Source of the DNA: an uncultured Verrucomicrobiota bacterium | Lineage (GTDB): Bacteria; Verrucomicrobiota; Verrucomicrobiia; Limisphaerales; CAZFVY01 | DNA: 40,094 bases | NCBI GenBank assembly: GCA_964522665.1 | Contig: CAZFVY010000061.1 | Span: forward strand, 1 to 40,094 | Direction: 5' to 3' | Shown here: piece by piece, positions 17,903 to 27,328 of the stretch | How positions within the stretch are numbered: position 1 is the first letter of the stretch | Layout of the letters: the number at the start of each line of letters is the position of its first letter | Notes under the pieces: generated by a model | What the model saw: the letters and a program-made list of their open reading frames with translations, nothing else | Databases searched by the model: none | What the model was told of the DNA's origin: nothing | Made by a program: the position numbers and the translations under genes

Positions 17903-20900
17903 ATGTTTCGGAATTTGATCCGTTTGTTCCTGGCAGTTGGCTTGGCATCGTTCGGCGTCGCGCGGGGCGCGGAACCGTTTCCGGTGGTGACCGTGGTGGC
18001 GAGTTCTCCTAACGCATCGGAGGACGGGCCGACTCCAGGGGTGTTCACCGTGAGTCGGTCTGGGGAGACGACCAATCAGTTGACCGTTTTTTTCTCGCTG
18101 ACCGGGACGGCGGTGAACGGAGTGGATTACGTGAAGCTCGCGAATCATGTCACGATGGCGCCAGGCGCGGGGTCCACGAATATCACCATTATGCCGATTC
18201 CTGATCTCGACACGCTGGCGGGGACGAACGAAACGGTCGTATTGCAATTGCTCCTTTTGGTCGATCCTCCGATTGGCGGGGTCGGGCTTTACTCGCTCGG
18301 AACGCCGAGCAACGCGGTGGTTAATATCGCGGAGCCGGCGGGCGGGCGGACGAATTTGCCGCCGACCGTGGAGCTGGTCAGTCCGACTGATGGCTCGACC
18401 TTTCTGGCGCCGGCCAGCCTCAAGCTGGCCGCCAACGCCAGAGATACGGATGGACGGGTAGCGCAGGTCGAGTTTTTCGCGGGGACCAACAGCTTGGGAG
18501 TCGTGACGAATCGGGTGGCCATTGATCGCGGCGGGCAATTCGTTTTCGCTTGGACCAACGTGGCCGCTGGTTCTTATTCCCTGACGGCCAAGGCGACCGA
18601 TAATCAGGGCGCGAGCGCCGTTTCCAAAGCGGTGGCGATTACCGTTGAATCACCGACCGAACTTCCGACGGTGACCGTCGTCGCGACGCAACCTGACGCC
18701 TCGAAGGTCGGACCGGTGGCGGGAGTATTTACGGTGAGCCGGACCGGCGACACGACCAACCGTCTCACCGTTAGCTTTTCGCTCGGCGGGACCGCGCTCA
18801 ATGGAGTGGACTACCTTCGAGTCGGGGACCAAGTGACGTTTGCGGAGGGTACCGCCGCGACGAACATCACGATTACGCCGACAACTGACCTTGGTCTTCG
18901 GAATGCGACCAACGCGACGGTCGTCTTGCAGTTGCGGCCACTGGTCGATCCCCCGATCCTTGGCGTCGTCGGACGTTACGCGTTGGGCATTCCCAGCAAC
19001 GCGGTGGTGAATATCGCGGAGCCGATTGGCGCCCGGACAAATCTCCCGCCCACCGTGGAGTTGGGAAGTCCGGCCAACGGAGCGATATTTTTCGCGCCGG
19101 CCACCGTGCGGCTCACCGCCAACGCAAAGGATAAGGATGGCAAAGTGACGCAGGTCGAATTCTTTGCTGGAACCAATAGCTTGGGAGTGGTAACGAACGG
19201 CGCGTCGGCCGATGGCACGGCGGGAGCGTTCGCTTTCGCCTGGACGAACGTGGCCGCCGGGAGTTACTCCCTGACCGCCAAGGCGACCGACGACCAAGGG
19301 GCAACCTCGGTTTCCAGCGCGGTGGCGATCACCGTTGAATCACCAGCGCAATTCCCGTCCGTTACCGTCACGGCGACCCAGCCCAACGCGTCTGAAGTTG
19401 GCCCGGTCCCCGGAGTCTTTACGGTGAGCCGGACCGGCGACACCACCAATAAGCTGACGGTCTTTTTCTCGCTTGGCGGAACCGCGGCGAACGGCGCGGA
19501 TTACCAGCGGGTCGCGAATCAAGTGACGCTGGCGCCGGGCGCGGCCACGACGAATATCACGATTACGCCGATCGCGGACGTCGATACTCGGCCGGAAACC
19601 AACGAAACGGTCGTCCTGCAGTTACTCCTGCTGGTTGATCCTCCGCCGTTGGGCGGCGCCGGGCTTTACGCCCTCGGTTTTCCGAGCAACGCCGTGGTGA
19701 ATATCGCGGAGCCTCTCCAGGTGATTACGAATGGCGGCCCGGTCGTGCAGTTGACGCACCCGGTTGACGGAGCCGCGTTCATCAGTCCCGCGACGTTCGC
19801 CCTGACGGCGAGCGCGTCCGAAAAGGGTGGGACGATCAAGTCGGTCGAATTTTTCTCCGACTCGACCAGTCTGGGCACGGCCGGCACGCCCGTGGTGAAG
19901 TCTTCACCGCCCCTTTACTCACTGACGTTGTCGAACCTGCAGGCCGGAGCGTATGTGTTCTCGGCGCGCGCTACGGACGCTCTGGGAGTCATCGCCACTT
20001 CGGCGCCGGTCACTGTTTCGGTGGTCGCGACGAGCAGCTTGCCGGTGGTAACCGTTACGGCCTCGTCTCCGGACGTGGCGGTTGGTGGGACGAATCAAGC
20101 GTTCTTCACGGTGACCCGCGTGGGTTCGACCAATGCCGAACTCACCGTCAGTTACGCGCTTGCGGGATCGATCTTCAATCGTCTCGGCCGCCCGACGCTG
20201 GTGAACACGGTGACGATTCCGGCGGGGGCGACTTCGGCTGAGATTCAGGCGGAGCCAGTTTTGGGACTGGACCTCCGGCCCGACTTGGACCTTACGTTAA
20301 CGGCTCAATTGATCGCGGTCGCCGACAGCGCGGCGGGTACGAATCGGTTGTATCTCGTCGGGACGCCCGGTGAAGCGACCATCACGTTTACCGACGGGAC
20401 CACCCCGCCGCCGCCTGGCGTTCCGGTCGTTACGATCACGGCGCGCGACCCGGTCGCGTCCGAGCCGAAAAATGGGCAGCCCGGCAACGCGGCGACCTTC
20501 GTAGTTCGGCGCAGCGATGGCACGAACAGTGATCTCACGGTGGCCTACGCCATCGGTGGCACCGCGACCAATGGAGTTGACTACGCGGCGTTGAGCGGAT
20601 CGGTAACCATTCCGGCCGGGCAGCACACGGGGATAATCACGGTCACCCCGCTGGCGGATCAGGACACGAACAGCCTCGGTTTTGAGACGGTCATCCTGAG
20701 CTTGCCGGCGCCGTCGGCGACCAACGCGGTCCAATACGCCGTCGGCGAACCCGCCAAAGCGTCGGCCATCATTCTGGATAGCCCCGACCTGAGTGGGGAT
20801 TCGAGGAAGTTTGGGCCGGGAACCTTCCACTTGGCTATACCCGGCGCCGCAGGATCGTTTTGGTATCGAATCGACGCGTCAGCAGATCTGACAAACTGGC

Positions 20901-21025
20901 AGATCCTCTGCACCAATGTGGTGACGGCAGGTCAGGTCGATTTTGTGGACACTGACGCCGCGGCGACCGGCGCCCGATTCTACCGCGCAGTGCCGTTGCC
21001 CGGCGCGCCTCCCACCGACGACTGA
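17903..21025 (+). CDS. Large secreted surface protein with five Calx-beta domains alternating with Ig-like domains and a conserved C-terminal domain
   Basis: Signal peptide MFRNLIRLFLAVGLASFGVARG. Five copies of the Calx-beta pattern (e.g. ASEDGPTPGVFTVSRSGETTNQLTVFFSLTGTAVNGVDYVKL...GAGSTNITIMPIPDLDTLAGTNETVVLQL). The first three are each followed by an Ig-like module (PTVELVSPTDGSTF..VEFFAGTNSLGVVTN..FAWTNVAAGSYSLTAKATDNQG..AITV), and a fourth, divergent Ig-like module (PVVQLTHPVDGAAF..VEFFSDSTSLGT..YSLTLSNLQAGAYVFSARATDALG..VTVSV) follows the third. Confidence 0.85.
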   Translation: MFRNLIRLFLAVGLASFGVARGAEPFPVVTVVASSPNASEDGPTPGVFTVSRSGETTNQLTVFFSLTGTAVNGVDYVKLANHVTMAPGAGSTNITIMPIPDLDTLAGTNETVVLQLLLLVDPPIGGVGLYSLGTPSNAVVNIAEPAGGRTNLPPTVELVSPTDGSTFLAPASLKLAANARDTDGRVAQVEFFAGTNSLGVVTNRVAIDRGGQFVFAWTNVAAGSYSLTAKATDNQGASAVSKAVAITVESPTELPTVTVVATQPDASKVGPVAGVFTVSRTGDTTNRLTVSFSLGGTALNGVDYLRVGDQVTFAEGTAATNITITPTTDLGLRNATNATVVLQLRPLVDPPILGVVGRYALGIPSNAVVNIAEPIGARTNLPPTVELGSPANGAIFFAPATVRLTANAKDKDGKVTQVEFFAGTNSLGVVTNGASADGTAGAFAFAWTNVAAGSYSLTAKATDDQGATSVSSAVAITVESPAQFPSVTVTATQPNASEVGPVPGVFTVSRTGDTTNKLTVFFSLGGTAANGADYQRVANQVTLAPGAATTNITITPIADVDTRPETNETVVLQLLLLVDPPPLGGAGLYALGFPSNAVVNIAEPLQVITNGGPVVQLTHPVDGAAFISPATFALTASASEKGGTIKSVEFFSDSTSLGTAGTPVVKSSPPLYSLTLSNLQAGAYVFSARATDALGVIATSAPVTVSVVATSSLPVVTVTASSPDVAVGGTNQAFFTVTRVGSTNAELTVSYALAGSIFNRLGRPTLVNTVTIPAGATSAEIQAEPVLGLDLRPDLDLTLTAQLIAVADSAAGTNRLYLVGTPGEATITFTDGTTPPPPGVPVVTITARDPVASEPKNGQPGNAATFVVRRSDGTNSDLTVAYAIGGTATNGVDYAALSGSVTIPAGQHTGIITVTPLADQDTNSLGFETVILSLPAPSATNAVQYAVGEPAKASAIILDSPDLSGDSRKFGPGTFHLAIPGAAGSFWYRIDASADLTNWQILCTNVVTAGQVDFVDTDAAATGARFYRAVPLPGAPPTDD
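17978..20040 (+). repeat. Three tandem ~688-bp intragenic repeat units (Calx-beta + Ig module), about 80-85% DNA identity
   Basis: Marker gcggtggtNaatatcgcggagcc recurs at 18314, 19001 and 19691 (period 687-690). Long near-identical stretches lie around 18540 and 19235. The antisense ORFs at 18289..18558 and 18976..19218 mirror the repeats. Confidence 0.8.
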
Positions 21026-21200
21026 GCGGCTCCGCCCGGGTTGAGGCGTCCGCCGCGGTAGTCGCAGAGCGGGGCCTGGCTCGGGCGGTTGGTCGGTGAC
21101 GACCAGGGCGCCCTTCGAAAACTCGAAGCGGCGCCCTTCGTCGTTCAGAGATACCCGGGAACCGGAATGCGGCGCCACGCGACGATAAGTCGCAACGGAC

Positions 21201-21926
21201 TCACCTTCGGCCGTCGTACCAGATGCCGCAGGCGGAGCGGTCGCGAATCGGGCGTCCGAGGCGCGTTATCATGAGCAGGATAAACCGCAGATGCTCACCC
21301 GTGGAATAGAGATCGACCTTGCGGGCGGAGGTGAGGAGCGGGTGTTGGTGAAGGATGACGACGCTTTTTCCCAATTCCCGCGCGCGGCGCTTGAGGCGCT
21401 GGCTGAAGTCGATTTCCTCGGTGATGAAGAACTCGTGGCTGAATCCGCCCAGTTCGCGGAAGATGTCGGCGCGGCAAAACACGAATGAGCCGGCGGCCCA
21501 GCGCCGCATTCGGCTTTTGAAATTCCAAAGCTTGATAATCCACCGCGCCGCGCCGCGCGGTTGGTCCAGGGCAATCGTGGACCCACCGCCAACGCAATCA
21601 CCGGTTTGAATCGTGTTCAGCAGGTCGGTGAAAAGCTCGGCGGTGGGGTAGGAGTCGGCGTCCACGAACACGAGCCAGTCCCCGTTGGCCGCCGAGGCGC
21701 CGCGATTACGCGCTCGTGAGATTTGGTTGACCGGTTCGAAGATCACCACCGCGCCCGCCGCGCGGGCGATCTCAGTGGTGCGGTCGGTCGAGTTGTTGTC
21801 GCAAACGATTATTTCGCTCGCCCAGCCCGCGGCGGTAAACGCGGACGTTGCGCGCCGCATGGTTTCCAGGCTGCGCGCGATCAACTTCTCCTCGTTGAAC
21901 GCCGGCACGACGACGGAGATCTTCAT
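21201..21926 (-). CDS. Family 2 glycosyltransferase
   Basis: MKISVVVPAFNEE..IIVCDNNSTD..VFVDAD is a classic GT2 (GT-A fold, DxD) N-terminus. Confidence 0.85.
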   Translation of the reverse strand: MKISVVVPAFNEEKLIARSLETMRRATSAFTAAGWASEIIVCDNNSTDRTTEIARAAGAVVIFEPVNQISRARNRGASAANGDWLVFVDADSYPTAELFTDLLNTIQTGDCVGGGSTIALDQPRGAARWIIKLWNFKSRMRRWAAGSFVFCRADIFRELGGFSHEFFITEEIDFSQRLKRRARELGKSVVILHQHPLLTSARKVDLYSTGEHLRFILLMITRLGRPIRDRSACGIWYDGRR

Positions 21927-22238
21927 GCGCGGCGCGATTGAGGTGGCACGGAGTCGTTGGCATCGCCAGGTTGCATTTCGTCACGTTGGCGCCTTCGTCG
22001 CAAAATGCAACCGTGGTTCGTTCGCGGGTGGGGGAGGGCCAACTTCATCGCTTTGGTCTGGCCTCAGATTGCTTGGCAAAACGCCGGCATTTTGATATCG
22101 TCGCCCCAGGTTTGGCATATTGCCGGGCGAGCCAACACTCACGCGGACTCGGCGAATCCTCGATGCCGAGCGGAAAACTAACCCCCGTCCGGACGCGATC
22201 TATCTCGTCTTGGCGAAAGAAAGAATCGAAGCGTCGTT

Positions 22239-22580
22239 ATGCGTAGCAACTCCAGCCGCCGATCCGCCTTCAGTTTGGTGGAGATCATGACCGTGGTCGG
22301 GATCATCGCGTTCCTGGCCGCTATCGCCGTGCCGAACATGCTGCGGTCGCGGGCGAAGGCGCAGGCGGCGGTCTGCATCGATAATCTGCGGCAATTGGAC
22401 AGCGCGAAAGCGCAGTGGGCGTTCGAATTCAAGAAGGTGGACACGGACACGTTGAGCATGAGCGATCTCACGCCCTACCTGCGAAACGGCGTGATGTTGG
22501 TCTGTCCCGCGAACGGCGCGTACGCCGTTACCGTGGTTTCGGAATCGCCAAGCTGCACCGTCGCCGGGCACACGCTATAG
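22239..22580 (+). CDS. Prepilin-type N-terminal cleavage/methylation domain protein (pseudopilin-like)
   Basis: N-terminus RRSAFSLVEIMTVVGIIAFLAAIAVPN is a type IV prepilin-like leader plus hydrophobic helix. Small size (113 aa). Confidence 0.75.
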   Translation: MRSNSSRRSAFSLVEIMTVVGIIAFLAAIAVPNMLRSRAKAQAAVCIDNLRQLDSAKAQWAFEFKKVDTDTLSMSDLTPYLRNGVMLVCPANGAYAVTVVSESPSCTVAGHTL

Positions 22581-22746
22581 TCGAAATCGCTTCGCTCGGG
22601 CGTTCGCTCGTTCCGCGTCTGGCCGGGCGCCGCTCGGGTTTGACGGGCGCCGGTCAAGCATTCCTTGCGGATCAGCTTTTTCGGCACGCTTTGCCCGACG
22701 GCGGCCCGGCCACGCTGCCGGGGCCAAACCGGTCTCAGTTCGTTGG

Positions 22747-23538
22747 TCAACCTGCTTGTGGCGCGGCGGACTCGAGCGCCCCGGCGGCGCGGAAGATGCC
22801 GAGGGAGCTGTGCTCAGGTCGTTCCTCGCCCTGGGCGATCCCACCCCCGTAGCAGGTGGTGAGGCCGGAGACGGAATAGACCAGGCGCGACGTCGGGCCG
22901 AACTGATTCGTGCCGCCATAAGGCACGTAGGTTACCGCGAGGCGCGCGTAGTCGAGGAAATCGTCGCTTCGGAGGAGCAACGACCAGATACCGTCGAAGG
23001 CGGTCGGAGTGACATAGGTCCAGGCCCGGGGGTTGGAGCCAAGATTGAACAGGCCGAAACCAGGCAGGACGGTTGAGCCGCCCGTGACTCCCAGGATCGT
23101 GAAGTGGACGCTAAGGTAGGTACCGCGGACAAAAAAGGGCAGATCAAAAACATACTGACCGCCCAAGGCCACTTTGCCGGCGGCGCGGCTGGCCACGAGC
23201 AGAGGGGCGGCGCTGCCCGCCAGGCGAACGGTTTTCGGCTCGTTATCCGTCGCGACCGGAAAACCAACCGGGGCAAGCTGGGAATTCGGCGTGACCTTCC
23301 AGTCGGTTCCTTTCACCCACGGCTGCGGGGGTGTGCCAGAGCCCCCGTAAGTAAGGGAAGCTTGATTGGTATAGACGTTCAAGCCGGACGAGACGCTCGC
23401 AAGGCTGGACATGGGGGCCGGGAAATTGCTCGTGCCGCCGAGGTCAGTTTGGTTGCTGAGGATAATCCGCATCGGCCCTTGCGTTTCGTGCGTGGGATCC
23501 TGGGATTTGTTGCCGGTTAGTTCTTTGATTGGTTTCAT
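22747..23538 (-). CDS. Hypothetical Gly/Ser/Thr-rich, beta-rich protein (264 aa), downstream partner of the 1144-aa protein
   Basis: Internal ATG at 23538 is preceded by AAAGGAAGAAACGAAAT (SD-like). The listed 23928 start is a spurious Arg-rich extension overlapping the upstream gene. No signal peptide and no family signature recognised. Confidence 0.55.
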   Translation of the reverse strand: MKPIKELTGNKSQDPTHETQGPMRIILSNQTDLGGTSNFPAPMSSLASVSSGLNVYTNQASLTYGGSGTPPQPWVKGTDWKVTPNSQLAPVGFPVATDNEPKTVRLAGSAAPLLVASRAAGKVALGGQYVFDLPFFVRGTYLSVHFTILGVTGGSTVLPGFGLFNLGSNPRAWTYVTPTAFDGIWSLLLRSDDFLDYARLAVTYVPYGGTNQFGPTSRLVYSVSGLTTCYGGGIAQGEERPEHSSLGIFRAAGALESAAPQAG

Positions 23539-23594
23539 ATTTCGTTTCTTCCTTTCAGTCTGTTTTGTCGGATAGTTAGTTTTGTTGTTTGGTT

Positions 23595-26500
23595 TTAGCG
23601 TGTCCTTTCCCCAAGGCCGGACAGGATGATGAAGGAGCCGCCTCCGACGGCCGCCATGAAATCGATCACCCAGAGAGCCAGGAGGCCGTACGGGCCAGCG
23701 AATTTCAGCGGCTTCATCGTCGTGGCGAGCGGCGGGACGAGGTTCAGGAACCAGTTGGCGCCGCTGCCTACGCCCGCTTTGCTCTCGTCCACTCCTTTCG
23801 CGATTCCCATGGCGAGGACCATGATCCCGGACACCGTCAGGAAGCTGCACGCCTCCGGGTTCCCGCGGGGTCCAGCCTGGAATTTGTTGGCCGCCATATA
23901 AGTAAGCGTGTAGCTGGCCGGGAGCCACTTCGCGTACCAGAAGGCGTTCTTCGATTTATTGAGATCGGAGGTTTCTGGAAGCAACGTCTGGGGAGTTCCC
24001 GCAGGGGTAAGAATTGACAACAGCACGATTGGGACCGTGCCCGCGAGATAGAGAGCGGCCGGACTCAGGCGGTCGCCCGGCCCCACGTCGTTCCCAATGT
24101 CCACCGCCGCCCAAACGGTGAAGGTCAGAATTCCCCCGGCGACGGTCCATGCGTTTGGCTCCGCGGCTTGCGGATTCGCGGCGGTGACCGCGGTAAACGG
24201 AGAAGTCCCCGTGATGAGGCGATAGATGATAGTGGTCGGGAAAGCGCAGACGAGGGCCACTAGTCTGGTGACGGTGAAGTCTTCGGCCGCTTCCGGGTTG
24301 ATCAGGTTGTACAATTTTTCCAGGAGGAAGGCATCGATCTTTTTGTCGAAGATATTTGCCTTCGCGAAACCGAGGAAAGCGATCACCAGGTCCAGGAACG
24401 CTTGGGTAAGCGAATCGAGTACATCCAATACGAGAAGCACGAGGCGTTTCACCGCCCTTAGCACGGCGGCGACGGTTGTGCGCATGAAGTTCCCCGGATT
24501 CGTCGCGACCGAACTCAAATAGCTCGAAACGGCGGTAATCTCGTCCAGGATCTCCTGGCCGACGCGGCTCGCTAGGCTTGAGCCGAAGCTCGCGAAAATG
24601 TTCTGGAACGAATCCGGTATCGCAGGGGAGACGCTGAGGCTACCAACCGGGGAAAAAACCTTTTCGAGCAGCCAATTGGCCTTGACCTCCGCGTCGTGGA
24701 TGAATTCCAGGATGTCGCTGGGAGAGAACCCGGGAGGGCCGCTGGGCGCGCCGGCCAAGGCGGTGGATGGCGGCGCGAGGCGCAGCGCGTTGTAGTCGAA
24801 GTTGTAGTTGCCGGCGGCGCGGATCGCGGCGTCGAAGTTGTCGGTGATGTCCTTTTTGAGGTTGGCGAAAAACCCGATCGCAGAGGTCTTACCCTGCTTG
24901 GAGAGATCGGTGAGGAAGGGAAAGGACTGATTGATCACGCCCTCGAAGGCTTTTTTCGTGTTCCAGATGTCCTGGCGCGCCCCGCTCAGGAGCCAGCCGA
25001 AGAAGTCGAACAGGCGTTCAAAGAAGACCCGGACCGCGGCGAAGATCGATTCGGCGATTTGAAACGCGCGCTCGATGGTGGAAACGATGCCGCTGTAAAC
25101 GTATTCGTAACCGTTAATGACGCATTTGATGACGGCGTTGACGACTCCTGAGGCGGTCGTGACGAGGAAATTGAACGCGGCTTGCACTCCGTGGGAGACG
25201 GCGTTGACGATGTCGCCCAGGAAGTCGAAGAACCCGTTCAGGTTTGACGGCTTGGCGCCTGCGTCGCCGAGCAGGCGCTTGCCGAGCGCGGCGGCTTCGG
25301 ATTCCGAGAGTTCCGTGAAACTGGCTCGTCCGTCGAGGACAGAAAAGCTCCAGTGGTGAACCGCGCCCGAGTCGGCGTCAAGCGGTCGATGGAACCCCGC
25401 GTTGGACGACGAAGCGGTCACCAGCCGGGCGCCGGCGCCGCCGGACGATCTCAGCTTAGGCTCGTAGCTCATCGCGCAATTGATCGCCTGCTGGACCGCC
25501 GCCGCGTCTCGTTTGAACGCTTCGGGCAGGAGGGCCTGGGTGTCCGTCAGGGAAAGCTTCTTCAACCGATCTTGGACCTGAACGTCGGCGTCGATGACGA
25601 TCGCGTCGCCGTTCGCCATACGGCCGGGCAGCGAAAACGCCAGTTTGTTGGCGTTGATGGATCCGGTTGGCGCGTAGAGGGTCAATTGGCCGGCGCCGTC
25701 CGTCGAGAGTGAGGCCGGAGCGGCCCGTTCGCCGATGACGATGCTCTGGCCTTGCCACGAGATGGTGGTGGTTTCCGGCGACGTGACCAGGATCGGGTGA
25801 TTGCGCAGCAGGTTGTCATCCTGATCCATGAGCGTGAGCGTCGTGCCATAGACCGGGAGTTTCTCAATGGTCTGCAATTGGGCTTTGATCGACTGCTTGT
25901 TCCATTTCCCGCCTTCCTTCATCGGTTGCTTGAGCATCGAGTAGAGCGAGCTGGACTGCGCATCCACCACGAAGACGAGCGGCGCGCCGTTCGCGCCTAG
26001 CCCGGCGGTGATGGCGCTAAGCGTGTCCCCCAATTCGATCACGCGGTTCCAAGCGCCGTACGCATCTTCCCGGCTGATCACGTTGAGCCGCATGTGATGG
26101 TCCACCGCCATGAAGGAAATCGGGTTCGAGCCGGCGTCCACGGCCACGATCTGTTCACACCAGAGTGTGTTATCTATGACGACGGGGTGGGGCGTCGTCG
26201 CGCCGCCGTCGAGATAGGAAACCCCGCGGGTTCCGCCCGTAAGTCCATCATTGTAGAGAAAGATGCCGCTGTATCGAATCGGTTCTCCCGGCGGCGTGAC
26301 GTAAGCGGAGTCGGCGTAGCGGAAATGTTGGCGCCCGCAGAGGACGACTGGTCCGGCGTCTTGGAAGGGAAAAAACAAAAGATCCATCGCGGTCGGATCA
26401 GTTTCGTTCGCCTGCGCCGCGAGGACGCCTTCACCCCATTGGCGGGTCGAACAGAAATCTAGAAACGGTGAATCCACCGGGCCGAGCCGGCGCCACTTGG

Positions 26501-27029
26501 CGGTCGTCTCACCCCAAGCGACCTGCCAGAGGCTCAGGCGTCCCATGGAATCGGCCAAGACCGCGGACAGTTCGAGCTTGCCGGCCACGAGGCCGGTCGC
26601 GATGGCGCGCACATAGCAGGGCGGCGTCAGCTCATCATAGACGCTCGAGTGGTCGATGGTTTTCCAAACGCCCCATTTCCCCGAACCGTCGCGCTGAATG
26701 AAGTGGAGGTCGGGATTGCTGGTATCGGGACCAACGCAAAAAAGCGTAAGTAAACCCTGGTAAACGCCGCCTTCCAGTTGTCCGGGGATGAAATCGGGGA
26801 CGATCGCGGAGACATTCCAACCGGTGCCACTCGCGCGGTCAGGGAAGACATTATAGATGACAGTTTGTCGGGTGGCGTTGGCGCCGGTGTAGAACAGTTC
26901 TCCCTGGCCGGACGCATTCACGACTTGGGTTATTTGGGTTTGCGGGGTAATCTCGGTGCCGAGGCGGTAGTCCTCCATGAGGGCGATGCTGGCGCGAAAT
27001 TTTACGGATGATGGCGAGTTATTCTTCAC
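23595..27029 (-). CDS. Large hypothetical protein (1144 aa): soluble N-terminal ~800 aa, amphipathic helical middle region, C-terminal domain with 5-6 TM helices
   Basis: GTG start at 27029, preceded by AAAGAGG 7 nt upstream. Strong protein-like composition throughout. C-terminal hydrophobic helices include LVALVCAFPTTIIY, GGILTFTVWAAV, LYLAGTVPIVLLSIL, GIMVLAMGIA and LLALWVIDFMAAV. I recognise no family. Confidence 0.8.
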   Translation of the reverse strand: MKNNSPSSVKFRASIALMEDYRLGTEITPQTQITQVVNASGQGELFYTGANATRQTVIYNVFPDRASGTGWNVSAIVPDFIPGQLEGGVYQGLLTLFCVGPDTSNPDLHFIQRDGSGKWGVWKTIDHSSVYDELTPPCYVRAIATGLVAGKLELSAVLADSMGRLSLWQVAWGETTAKWRRLGPVDSPFLDFCSTRQWGEGVLAAQANETDPTAMDLLFFPFQDAGPVVLCGRQHFRYADSAYVTPPGEPIRYSGIFLYNDGLTGGTRGVSYLDGGATTPHPVVIDNTLWCEQIVAVDAGSNPISFMAVDHHMRLNVISREDAYGAWNRVIELGDTLSAITAGLGANGAPLVFVVDAQSSSLYSMLKQPMKEGGKWNKQSIKAQLQTIEKLPVYGTTLTLMDQDDNLLRNHPILVTSPETTTISWQGQSIVIGERAAPASLSTDGAGQLTLYAPTGSINANKLAFSLPGRMANGDAIVIDADVQVQDRLKKLSLTDTQALLPEAFKRDAAAVQQAINCAMSYEPKLRSSGGAGARLVTASSSNAGFHRPLDADSGAVHHWSFSVLDGRASFTELSESEAAALGKRLLGDAGAKPSNLNGFFDFLGDIVNAVSHGVQAAFNFLVTTASGVVNAVIKCVINGYEYVYSGIVSTIERAFQIAESIFAAVRVFFERLFDFFGWLLSGARQDIWNTKKAFEGVINQSFPFLTDLSKQGKTSAIGFFANLKKDITDNFDAAIRAAGNYNFDYNALRLAPPSTALAGAPSGPPGFSPSDILEFIHDAEVKANWLLEKVFSPVGSLSVSPAIPDSFQNIFASFGSSLASRVGQEILDEITAVSSYLSSVATNPGNFMRTTVAAVLRAVKRLVLLVLDVLDSLTQAFLDLVIAFLGFAKANIFDKKIDAFLLEKLYNLINPEAAEDFTVTRLVALVCAFPTTIIYRLITGTSPFTAVTAANPQAAEPNAWTVAGGILTFTVWAAVDIGNDVGPGDRLSPAALYLAGTVPIVLLSILTPAGTPQTLLPETSDLNKSKNAFWYAKWLPASYTLTYMAANKFQAGPRGNPEACSFLTVSGIMVLAMGIAKGVDESKAGVGSGANWFLNLVPPLATTMKPLKFAGPYGLLALWVIDFMAAVGGGSFIILSGLGERTR

Positions 27030-27328
27030 GGTTATACCTCTTTCTCTTATCGGTCCTTGTTAAGATTGTTGCTTCCGGCCAGAGGCGGCGAGCCTCCAAG
27101 GCTTTTAGCGTGCAAAGTATGAGACCGGAGCAGAGATGTGACAATCAGGCCGGAAACGCATTCTCGCCTGCGGTGGGAAACGTATTCCGGCTAAGTCAGG
27201 CAGCGTAGGTTTACCCGGGGCGTGCCCTAGGTGGCGCCGAGGAAGATCGAGGTGGATTCAAACGGCCCGGCTCGTGCTCGAAGGCGGAAGGCACGGGCGG
27301 CGCCGAGGGGAATTGGCTCCCCTTGCGT

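Noticed and set aside
22747-23928. ORF-finder 393-aa version of the small partner gene (start at 23928)
   Set aside because: The first 130 aa are an Arg/Pro-rich out-of-context extension overlapping the 1144-aa gene end. The internal ATG at 23538 has a good SD and a sensible intergenic gap.
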